DNA from: Thermoanaerobaculia bacterium
Lineage (GTDB): Bacteria; Acidobacteriota; Thermoanaerobaculia; Multivoradales; UBA5704
Length of the DNA stretch: 64,000 bases
Assembly: GCA_036402955.1 (NCBI GenBank)
Contig: DASWRX010000022.1
Coordinates: 1,442 to 65,441, forward strand
Reading direction: 5' to 3'
The notes under the pieces are model-generated. The model saw only the letters and a list, made by a program, of their open reading frames with translations, made no database searches and was not told the origin of the DNA. Both the position numbers and the translations under genes were made by a program. This document shows positions 1 through 8,330 of the stretch, piece by piece; within the stretch, counting starts at the first letter, position 1, and each line of letters begins with the position of its first letter.

Positions 1-3000
1 GCGTCCGCGTTACGAGAGCCATCGCGCGGCTGTCCTCCAGGGCCCAGACCACGCGTTCGCGGGGCCAGTGGGGATCGAGGGGGAGGAAGGCGCTCCCGGC
101 CTTCCAGACCCCGAGGGCGGCGGCGGCGAAATCGGCGGTGGCGGCGAGCTGGAGCGCGACGATGCGCTCCGGCCCCGCGCCGAGGGCCCGCAGGTGGTGC
201 GCCAGGCGGTTGGCCCGGCGGTCGAGCTCCTCGTAGGAGACCTCGCTCCCCTTCCAGACCAGGGCGGCGGCGGCCGGCCGTTGCCGGACCCGCTCCTCGA
301 ACAGCGCCAGGACGGACGGGGGGGTGGGCGGCTCGGGGACCGCGCCGCTCCACTCCGCGAGGAGCTGGCGGCGCTCCTCCGGCGCGAGCAGGCCGGCGTC
401 CGCGGCGGGCCGGCGCGGGTCGTCCAGCAGGCTCGCCAGCAGGGTCTCCAGATGGCCCCCCATGCGCCGGATCGTGGCGGCGTCGAAGAGATCGGCGTTG
501 TAGGCCAGCCGCGCCTCCAGGCCGTAGGAGGTCGCGGTGACCTGCAGCGTCAGGTCGTACAGCTCGACGGTGGAGCCCACGTCGAGGAAGCCGAGGGTGA
601 GGCCGGGGAGCTCCAGGGCGTGCCAGGGGGCGCTGCCCATGGCGAAGCAGACCTGGAAGACCGGGTGCCGCGACAGGTCGCGCGCCGGCTGCAGCTCCTC
701 GACCAGCCGCTCGAAGGGGAGATCCTGATGGGCGTAGGCGCCCAGCGCCATCTCGCGCACCCGCGCCAGCAGCCGGTCGAAGCCGGGATCGCCCGCGAGG
801 TCGGTCCGCAGCACCAGCATGTTGACGAAGAAGCCGATCAGCTTCGCCGTCTCCGCCCGGTTGCGGTTGGCGATCGGCGTGCCCAGGAGGAGGTCGCGCC
901 GTCCGGTGTAGCGCTGGAGCAGCGAGCCGAACGCCGCCAACAGGGCCATGAACAGGGTGACCCGGTGCGCGCGGGCGAGCGCGTGCAGGTCCTCCACCCG
1001 GGGGATCGGCACCACCACGAGGCCGCCGTCGTAGGTCTGCACGGCGGGGCGCGGCCGGTCGGCCGGCAGCTCGAAGACCAGCTCCGCGCCGGCGAGCTGC
1101 CGCCGCCAGTAGGCGAGCTGGGCGTCGAGGGCGGCGCCGCCGAGCCAGCGGCGCTGCCAGAGGGCGAAGTCCGCGTACTGGACCGGCAGCTCGGGCAGCG
1201 CGGAGGAGCGCCGCTCGACGAAAGCCGTATAGAGGGCCGCCAGCTCGCGGACGAACAGCTCCAGCGACCAGCCGTCGGAGACGATGTGGTGCATCGAGAG
1301 CAGGAGGACGTGGTTGTCGCTCTCCATGCGGAGCAGCGCGGCCCGCAGCAGCGGCCCGCGGGTCAGCGAGAACGGCCGCGCCATCTCCTGGCGGGCCTGG
1401 CGGAGCGCCTCCTCCTCGCGCGCCGCGGGAGCCAGCGGGCGCAGGTCGGCGAGCGGCAGCGCGAAGGGGCTGTGGGCATGGACGGTCTGCGCCGGCTGCC
1501 CCGCCGAGCCGACGCGGAAGGTGGTGCGCAGCGCCTCGTGCCGGCGGACGATCCCGTCGAGGGCGCGCTCCAGCGCCGCGGCGTCCAGCCGGCCGGTCAG
1601 CGAGAAGGCGGCCGCGACGTTGTAGAACGGGCTCTCGCCGCCGGCCATCTCGTCGAGGAACCAGAGCCGCTGCTGGGCGAAGGAGAGCGGGATCTCCGCC
1701 GGCCGCGGCATGGGGACGATCGGCGGCAGCTCCAGCCCCTCGCCCGCCAGCAGCAGAGCCTCGACGTGGTCGGCCAGCTCGGCCAGCGTGGGGTGCTCGA
1801 ACAGCGCCCGCGTCGGCAGCTCGACCCGGAAGGTGGCGCGGGCGAGCGAGGTCACGGCGGTGGCCGTCAGCGAGTGGCCGCCGAGGTCGAAGAAATTGTC
1901 GTGCGCCCCGACTCGCCGCGGCGGGACGATGCGCAGCACCTCCGTCCAGATCCCGGCGAGCACCTCCTCGACCGGCGTGCGGGGAGCCACCCAGCCGGCC
2001 GTCGCCGCGCTCTCCACCGCGCCGGGGTCCGGCAGCGCGGCGCGGTCCACCTTGCCGTTGGGCGTGCGGGGGAGGGCGGCGACCTCGACGAAGGCGGCGG
2101 GCAGCAGCGGCTCCGGCAGCTTCGCGGCCAGGAAGTCGCGCAGCTCCCGCGCGGCGGGGGCGGGAGCGCGCCGCGGCACCACCCAGGCGATCAGCGCCAG
2201 CTCTCCCGCCGCGTCGCGTCGGCCCCCCACGGCGCAGCCGGCGAGGGCGGGATGGACGGCGAGCGCGGCCTCCACCTCCGCCGGCTCGACGCGGAAGCCG
2301 CGGATCTTGAGCTGGCCGTCCACCCGGCCCAGGAACTCGACGGCGCCGTCCGGCCGGAAGCGGGCGAGATCCCCCGTCCCGTAGAGGCGGCTGCCGGGCG
2401 CCGCGTCCTCCCCGAGGACGGACGGGCGGGGCACGAAGCGCTCGGCGGTCAGGGCGGGACGGCCGCAGTAGCCGCGGGCGAGACCGTCGCCGCCGATGTA
2501 GAGCTCCCCGGCCACCCCGACCGGCACCGGCCGCAGGCTGGCGTCGAGCAGCGTCACCGTGGTGTTGGCGAGCGGGCGGCCGATGGGGACCGTGGCGGCC
2601 CCGGACGCCACCTCGCGGACCCGCTGCCAGGTGGTGAAGGTCGTCCCCTCGGTGGGGCCATAGACGTTCAGCAGCCGCGCCGGCGGCCCGGCCGCCAGCA
2701 CCTCCGCCATCCGGGTGGGATCGACCGCCTCGCCACCCACCAGCAGGTGGCGCATCATGGCGAAGCCGCCCGGGTCGAGGCTCGCCAGCCGGTTGAACAG
2801 GGCGGTGGTGAGGAAGCCGGCGGTGATCCCCCGCTCGCGGATCTCACGGTAGAAGTCCTCGGGAGAGAGGGTCACGTCGCGCTCGACCGCAACCAGCCGG
2901 CCGCCGTTGAGCAGCGCTCCCCAGACCTCGAAGGTGGCCGCGTCGAAGGAGGCGTTGGAGACCTGGGCGATCCGGTCGGCGGCGGTCAGCGGCGCGTAGT

Positions 3001-4948
3001 CGGCGTCGCGGACGAGCCGGACGACGGCGCGGTGGGGGACGGCGACACCCTTCGGCAGGCCGGTCGATCCCGAGGTGTAGACCACGTAAGCGAGGCTGTC
3101 CGGCGTGGCGCCGCCCGGGGGGAGATCCCCAGCCTCTTCCGCCGCCGCCAGCTCGTCGAGCAGGAGCGTGGGCGGCCGGGAGGCGGGGAGGCGGGAAGCG
3201 ATGTCCCGGCGGGTGATCAGGGCGCGGACCCGGCCGTCCTCCAGCATGAAGGCGAGCCGCTCGGCGGGATAACCGGGATCGAGCGGCAGGTAGGCGCCCC
3301 CGGCTTCCAGCGCCGCGAGCCAGGAGACCACCATCTCCGGTCCCCGCTCCAGGAAGACGCCGACGAGATCGTCCGGGCCGATCCCCAGCTCCCGCAGCCG
3401 CCGCGCCAGGCCGCGCGACCGCCGGGCCAGCTCGCGATAGCTCACGGTCTCCGCGGGGGAGACCAGGGCGGGGGCGTCGGGCGAGCGCTCCACCTGGGCC
3501 GCGAACAGGCCGGGGATCGTCGCCTCCCGGGGATAGCCGGTGCGGACGTCGTTCCACTCGGCGGCGAGCTGATGGCGCTCGGGATCCGTGAGCAAAGCGA
3601 GCTCCGAGAGGCGCCGCTCGGGGTGGCGCGCGGCGTCGCCGAGCAGGGTCCGCCAGTGGAGGGAGAGGCGGGCGACGGTCGGCGGCTCGAAGAGGGAGGC
3701 GGCGTACTCCCAGAAGCCGTGGATGCCGCCGGGGGCGTCCACCAGATTGAGGCTGAGGTCGAACTTGGAGGTGCCGGAGTGGACCTCGACCAGCTCCAGG
3801 CGAAGCTCCCCGCTTGCGGACGTGGGGACCGGCGGCCGCTGGACGCCGAGCGCTACCCGGAACAGCGGGTTCTGGTCGAGCCGCCGCTCGGGGCGCAGCT
3901 CCTCGACCAGCTTCTCGAACGGCAGGTCCGCGTGGGCGAAGGCCTCCACCGCCGCATCGCGCGTCCGGCCGAGCAGCTCGTGGAACGCCGGGTCTCCCGA
4001 GAGGTCGCCGCGCAGCGCCAGGGTGTTGACGAAGCAGCCGATCACCCCCTCGGTCTCCGTGCGCGTCCGGCCGGCGACCGGCGCGCCCACCACGAGGTCG
4101 GTCTGGCCGCCGTGCCGGGAGAGCAGCGCCTGGAAGCCGGCGAGGAGGGTCATGAAGAGCGTGCCCCCGGCGTCGCGCGAGAGGTCCCGCAGCTCTCCGG
4201 ACAGCTCCGGCGGCAGCTCGACCGAGTGCATGCCTCCCGCGCCGTCCGCAGTGCCGCGGGCATGGGGATGGTCGGCGGGGAGGGCGAGGTCCGCGGGGGC
4301 CCCTTCGAGGCGGCGGCGCCAGGGGGCGAGCTGCCGCTCCAGCGCCTCCCCCTGCAGCCACTCCCGCTGCCAGACCGCGAAGTCGGCGTACTGGATCGGC
4401 AGCTCGGCGAGCGTCGAGGGACGCCCCGCGCGGAACGCCGCGTAGACCTCCAGCAGCTCGCCGACGAGCAGGCCGAGCGACCAGGCGTCGGTGACGATGT
4501 GGTGCTGGTTGAGGAAGAGCAGGTGCTCCTCGCTCCCGAGCCGGAGCAGCAGGACGCGCAGCAGCGGCGCCCGGCCTAGATCGAACGGGCGCGCGGCCTC
4601 GCGCCGGATCAGCGCCCGGGTCTCCGCCTCCCGCCGGTCTGCCGGCAGCGCCGTCAGATCGACGGCGGGGAGGGGGACCGCGAGCGCCGCGGCGATCACC
4701 TGCACCGGCTCGCCCTCCTCCTCGGCGAACGAGGTGCGCAGGGTCTCGTGGCGGGCCACGACCGCGTCCAGGGCGGCGGCGAGCGCGCCGGAATCGAGAG
4801 GACCCCAGAGCCGCAGCGCGAGGGGGACGTTGTAGGTGGCGAGGCCCGGGCTCAGGGCGTCGAGCAGCCAGAGCCGCCGCTGGGCGAAGGAGACCGGGGC
4901 GACGAAAACCTCCGGCTCCAGCTCTTCGTAGGGGATCTCCTGGATCAT
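1..4948 (-). CDS. Non-ribosomal peptide synthetase, C-A-T-C-A(partial); 3' end runs off the window
   Basis: Absent from the ORF track because no stop lies inside the window. ATG at 4948 is 18 nt after the TAG (4967-4969) of the upstream NRPS, with an AGAGGA Shine-Dalgarno-like box. My own translation starts MIQEIPYEELEPEVFVAPVSFAQRRLWLLD. Motifs: C QHHIVTDAWS; A YTSGSTGLPKG / FDAATFEVW / NVYGPTEGTTF; T FFDLGGHSLTA; second C MHHIVSDGWS; then the start of a second A domain. No listed minus-strand ORF terminates in this frame, consistent with it staying open to the window edge. Confidence 0.88.
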   Translation of the reverse strand, partial: MIQEIPYEELEPEVFVAPVSFAQRRLWLLDALSPGLATYNVPLALRLWGPLDSGALAAALDAVVARHETLRTSFAEEEGEPVQVIAAALAVPLPAVDLTALPADRREAETRALIRREAARPFDLGRAPLLRVLLLRLGSEEHLLFLNQHHIVTDAWSLGLLVGELLEVYAAFRAGRPSTLAELPIQYADFAVWQREWLQGEALERQLAPWRRRLEGAPADLALPADHPHARGTADGAGGMHSVELPPELSGELRDLSRDAGGTLFMTLLAGFQALLSRHGGQTDLVVGAPVAGRTRTETEGVIGCFVNTLALRGDLSGDPAFHELLGRTRDAAVEAFAHADLPFEKLVEELRPERRLDQNPLFRVALGVQRPPVPTSASGELRLELVEVHSGTSKFDLSLNLVDAPGGIHGFWEYAASLFEPPTVARLSLHWRTLLGDAARHPERRLSELALLTDPERHQLAAEWNDVRTGYPREATIPGLFAAQVERSPDAPALVSPAETVSYRELARRSRGLARRLRELGIGPDDLVGVFLERGPEMVVSWLAALEAGGAYLPLDPGYPAERLAFMLEDGRVRALITRRDIASRLPASRPPTLLLDELAAAEEAGDLPPGGATPDSLAYVVYTSGSTGLPKGVAVPHRAVVRLVRDADYAPLTAADRIAQVSNASFDAATFEVWGALLNGGRLVAVERDVTLSPEDFYREIRERGITAGFLTTALFNRLASLDPGGFAMMRHLLVGGEAVDPTRMAEVLAAGPPARLLNVYGPTEGTTFTTWQRVREVASGAATVPIGRPLANTTVTLLDASLRPVPVGVAGELYIGGDGLARGYCGRPALTAERFVPRPSVLGEDAAPGSRLYGTGDLARFRPDGAVEFLGRVDGQLKIRGFRVEPAEVEAALAVHPALAGCAVGGRRDAAGELALIAWVVPRRAPAPAARELRDFLAAKLPEPLLPAAFVEVAALPRTPNGKVDRAALPDPGAVESAATAGWVAPRTPVEEVLAGIWTEVLRIVPPRRVGAHDNFFDLGGHSLTATAVTSLARATFRVELPTRALFEHPTLAELADHVEALLLAGEGLELPPIVPMPRPAEIPLSFAQQRLWFLDEMAGGESPFYNVAAAFSLTGRLDAAALERALDGIVRRHEALRTTFRVGSAGQPAQTVHAHSPFALPLADLRPLAPAAREEEALRQARQEMARPFSLTRGPLLRAALLRMESDNHVLLLSMHHIVSDGWSLELFVRELAALYTAFVERRSSALPELPVQYADFALWQRRWLGGAALDAQLAYWRRQLAGAELVFELPADRPRPAVQTYDGGLVVVPIPRVEDLHALARAHRVTLFMALLAAFGSLLQRYTGRRDLLLGTPIANRNRAETAKLIGFFVNMLVLRTDLAGDPGFDRLLARVREMALGAYAHQDLPFERLVEELQPARDLSRHPVFQVCFAMGSAPWHALELPGLTLGFLDVGSTVELYDLTLQVTATSYGLEARLAYNADLFDAATIRRMGGHLETLLASLLDDPRRPAADAGLLAPEERRQLLAEWSGAVPEPPTPPSVLALFEERVRQRPAAAALVWKGSEVSYEELDRRANRLAHHLRALGAGPERIVALQLAATADFAAAALGVWKAGSAFLPLDPHWPRERVVWALEDSRAMALVTRT

Positions 4949-4966
4949 GGTCCTCTTCTCTTCTCT

Positions 4967-7900
4967 CTAGACGGTGCGCCGGACCCGTCGCGGGAGAGCC
5001 GCGAGGTCGGGCTCCGGCGCGGCGTCTGCCGCGGCTTCGACGGCGCGAGCCATCGCCGCCAGCGTGGGGGCGTGGAAGACGACCTGGGCGGAGAGGTCGC
5101 GGCGGAAGCGGTCGCGCAGCCGGGAGGCCAGCCGCGTCGCCAGCAGGGAATGGCCCCCCAGCTCGAAGAAGTCGTCCTCCCGGCCCACCCGCTCGACCCC
5201 CAGGAGGTCGCGCCAGAGCTCCGCGAGGGCCTGCTCGACGGGGGTGGCGGGCGGCGCGAAGGCGGCGGACCCCTGCCGCTCCGGCGCCGGCAGGGTCCGC
5301 CGGTCCAGCTTGCCGCTGGGCGTGCGCGGCAGGGCGGGGAGGGACTGGAAGGCGGCCGGCAGCATGTGCTCCGGCAGGCTCCGGCGGAGGAAAGCGCGCA
5401 GCTCGGCCGCGTCCGGCAGAGCCGTGCCGGCCGGGCCCGCCGGCACCCACCAGGCGGCGATTCCGGGCTCTCCCGGAGCGATCTCGCGCACCGCCGCCGC
5501 GCACTCGCGCACGGCGGGATGGCGCCCGAGGGCCGACTCGATCTCCCCCAGCTCGATGCGGAAGCCGCGCACCTTCACCTGCCGGTCGACGCGGCCGAGG
5601 AACTCCAGGTCGCCGTCTGGCAGCCGGCGGGCGAGGTCGCCGGCGCGGTACAGACGAGCTCCCGGCTCGCCGCCGAACGGGTCGGGGACGAACCGCTCGG
5701 CCGTCAGCTCCGGCCGCTGGAGATAGCCGCGGGCGAGCCCGGCGCCGCCGACGTTGATCTCGCCGGGGACGCCGATGGGGACCTCCTCGCCGCGCGGTCC
5801 CAGCAGGCGGAGCGAGAGATCCGGCAGCGGTGGGCCGATGCGGCTGCGCGAGGCGGCGGCGTCCGCCCGCTCGACCGGGCGCCAGGTGACGTGCACCGTG
5901 GTCTCGGTGATGCCGTACATGTTGGCCAGCCGGGGTTGCCGGTCGCCGTGGCGCTCGATCCAGGGGCCGAGGCTCCGCGGATCGAGCGCCTCGCCGCCGA
6001 AGATCACCCAGCGCAGGGCGAGGAACCGCGGGGCGCCGGCCTCGGCATCGACGAGACTGAGCTGGCGGAAAGCGGAGGGGGTCTGGTTGAGCACCGTTAC
6101 CCCCTCCTCGGCCAGCAGCTGGTGGAAGTCGCGGGGGGAGCGGACGGTCTCGGAGGGGGGCACCACCAGCCGGCCGCCATGGAGCAGGGCGCCCCAGATC
6201 TCCCACACCGAGAAGTCGAAGGCGTAGGAGTGGAAGAGGGTCCAGACGTCCCCGGGGCCGAAGCCGAAGCGGGAGCGGGCGGCCGCGAACAGCCGGGCGA
6301 CGTTGCCGTGGGTGACCACGACCCCCTTGGGGCGGCCGGTCGAGCCGGAGGTGTGGATGACGTAGGCGGGATGGTCCGGCAGCAGACCGGTCTCCGGGGC
6401 GCGCTCCGCCTCGTCGCCGGTCTCCAGGATCACCAGGCGCGCGTCTCCCCGCGGGATCGACTCCGCGAGGGCGGCCTCGACGAGCAGCACCGGCGCGCCC
6501 TCCAGCATCGCCACCAGCCGCTCCGGAGGATAGGCGGGATCGAGGGGGACGTAGGCGCCGCCGGCCTTGAGCACGCCGAGCAGGGCGACCAGCATCTCCA
6601 GGCCCCGGTGGACGCACAGCGCCACCCGCACCTCGGGCCCCACGCCCAGCGCGCGGAGCCGGTGGGCGAGGGCGTTGGCCTTGCGGTCCAGCTCCCGGTA
6701 GGTCAGGCCGTGGCCCTGGTGGATGACCGCGACCACGTCCGGCGTCCGCGCCGCCTGCGCCTCGAACCGGCGGGGGAGGGGAGCGACCGGGAGGCCGTCG
6801 GTACCGGCGGCCTCGGCGTTTCCCCAGGCCCGGAGCTGCTCCCGTTCGGCCGCCGCCAGCATCGGCAGCTCGGATATGCGCCGGCCTGGCTCGGCCACCG
6901 CCGCGGCGAGCAGGGTGGTCAGGTGGCGGCCCATCCGCTCGATCGTGGGGGCCTCGAACAACGAGGTATTGAGCTCGAGTTGCAGGATGCCGAGCCGCCC
7001 GCGCTCCATGCCGGCGAACAGGATGAGGTCGGTCTGCGACGTGCCGTTGTTGATTCCCCGCGGCTCGACGGCGAGGCCGGGCAGCGCGAGGTCGGGGCTC
7101 GGCGTGTTCTGCAGCGAGAACATGGCCTGGAAGATCGGGCCGTAGCTGGGGTCCCGACGGGGGCGCAGCTCCTCGACCAGCTTGTCGAACGGCAGCTCCT
7201 GGTGCTCGTAGACGTCGAGCACCACGTCGCGCACCCGCGCCAGCAACTCGCCGAAGGTGGGATCGCCGTCCAGGCGGACGCGGAACACCACGGTGTTGAC
7301 AAAGAAGCCGATCAGCCCCTCGGTCTCCATGTTCGTGCGCCCCGCCACCGGCGCGCCCAGCACCACGTCGTCCTGGCCGCTCCAGCGGTGGAGCAGGGCG
7401 TCGAAGCCGGCGAGCAGCACCATGTAGAGGCTGGCCCCGGCGAGGTGCGTGTGCCCGGCCAGGGCGTCGGGGAGCCCGGCGGGGAGGTCGAGCGTCACCC
7501 GCTCGCCGCCGTAGGCGCGCGCCGCCGGCCGCGGCCGGTAGGTGGGCAGCTCCAGCCGGTCGGGAGCGCCGGCGAGCTGCCCCTTCCAGAAGCGGAGCTC
7601 CTCCTCCAGCCGCTCCCCCTGGAGCCGCTCGCGCTGCCAGAGCGCGAAGTCCGGATACTGGACGAACGGCTCCGGCAGCGGCGAGGGGAGCCCCTGCGCG
7701 AACGCCGTGTAGAGCACCGACAGCTCGCGGTAGAAGACGCCGAGCGACCAGGCGTCCGAGATGATGTGGTGCATGGTCACCAGCAGCAGATGGACGCGGC
7801 CGCCGAGGCGCAGCAGGTGGGTGCGCCAGAGCGGCCCGCGCGCCAGGTCGAACAACCGGCGGGCCTCCTCCCGGGCGAGCTCCCAGGCGGCCTCTTCGCC

Positions 7901-8308
7901 GCGGTCCGCGGGAAGCGCGGAGAGGTCCACCCGCGGGATCGGGCGGGGCACGTGCGGCTGGATCACCTGGAAGGGGACGCCGTCCTGGTCGGCGAAGACC
8001 GTGCGCAGCGACTCGTGGCGGCGCTCGATCTCCTGGAAACAGCGCTCGAGAGGGCCCGGCCGCAGCTCCCCGGTGAGCCGGAAGCAGAGCAGGGGGAGGT
8101 TGTAGAAGGGATTTCCCGGCTCCATCTGGTCGAGCAGCCAGAGCCGCTGCTGCACCAGCGAGGCGGCCACCGGCGCCTCCCCGGCCGGGCGCGGCAGGAT
8201 CTCCGGCGCCTGCGCGCCCCAGCCGCTCTCGGCCAGCCGGCGGGCGAACAGGGCCCGCTGCTCCGGCGAGAGGGCGGCGAGGCCCTTGTGCAGCTCGCGA
8301 AGACTCAT
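4967..8308 (-). CDS. Non-ribosomal peptide synthetase, single module C-A-T
   Basis: Track ORF 4967..8392. I prefer Met29 (ATG at 8308, MSLRELHKGL...), 22 nt after the radical SAM stop. Motifs: C MHHIISDAWS; A IHTSGSTGRPKG, FDFSVWEIW, NMYGITETTVHVT; T FFELGGHSLLAT. Confidence 0.9.
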   Translation of the reverse strand: MSLRELHKGLAALSPEQRALFARRLAESGWGAQAPEILPRPAGEAPVAASLVQQRLWLLDQMEPGNPFYNLPLLCFRLTGELRPGPLERCFQEIERRHESLRTVFADQDGVPFQVIQPHVPRPIPRVDLSALPADRGEEAAWELAREEARRLFDLARGPLWRTHLLRLGGRVHLLLVTMHHIISDAWSLGVFYRELSVLYTAFAQGLPSPLPEPFVQYPDFALWQRERLQGERLEEELRFWKGQLAGAPDRLELPTYRPRPAARAYGGERVTLDLPAGLPDALAGHTHLAGASLYMVLLAGFDALLHRWSGQDDVVLGAPVAGRTNMETEGLIGFFVNTVVFRVRLDGDPTFGELLARVRDVVLDVYEHQELPFDKLVEELRPRRDPSYGPIFQAMFSLQNTPSPDLALPGLAVEPRGINNGTSQTDLILFAGMERGRLGILQLELNTSLFEAPTIERMGRHLTTLLAAAVAEPGRRISELPMLAAAEREQLRAWGNAEAAGTDGLPVAPLPRRFEAQAARTPDVVAVIHQGHGLTYRELDRKANALAHRLRALGVGPEVRVALCVHRGLEMLVALLGVLKAGGAYVPLDPAYPPERLVAMLEGAPVLLVEAALAESIPRGDARLVILETGDEAERAPETGLLPDHPAYVIHTSGSTGRPKGVVVTHGNVARLFAAARSRFGFGPGDVWTLFHSYAFDFSVWEIWGALLHGGRLVVPPSETVRSPRDFHQLLAEEGVTVLNQTPSAFRQLSLVDAEAGAPRFLALRWVIFGGEALDPRSLGPWIERHGDRQPRLANMYGITETTVHVTWRPVERADAAASRSRIGPPLPDLSLRLLGPRGEEVPIGVPGEINVGGAGLARGYLQRPELTAERFVPDPFGGEPGARLYRAGDLARRLPDGDLEFLGRVDRQVKVRGFRIELGEIESALGRHPAVRECAAAVREIAPGEPGIAAWWVPAGPAGTALPDAAELRAFLRRSLPEHMLPAAFQSLPALPRTPSGKLDRRTLPAPERQGSAAFAPPATPVEQALAELWRDLLGVERVGREDDFFELGGHSLLATRLASRLRDRFRRDLSAQVVFHAPTLAAMARAVEAAADAAPEPDLAALPRRVRRTV

Positions 8309-8330
8309 CGGGTGTCTCCAGATCCCGGCC

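Noticed and set aside
68-4579. 1503-aa plus-strand ORF, and similar giant plus-strand ORFs at 4748..8701, 8286..10694, 10495..12804, 12865..18597, 18715..21003, 21501..23180, 23541..25391, 26093..28336 and 28355..30412
   Set aside because: All are antisense to minus-strand genes with clear NRPS/PKS/radical SAM motifs. Their translations are Arg/Gly/Pro/Ala/Glu-rich low-complexity strings with no recognisable domains. This is the usual open-antisense-frame artefact of about 70% GC DNA.
2844-6617. 1257-aa minus-strand ORF, and other off-frame minus ORFs such as 12209..13717, 14153..17929, 18332..20902, 27147..28961 and 35738..38539
   Set aside because: They are in a different frame from the motif-bearing NRPS/PKS/MprF frames, have an Arg/Pro/Gly-dominated composition and show no domain signatures.
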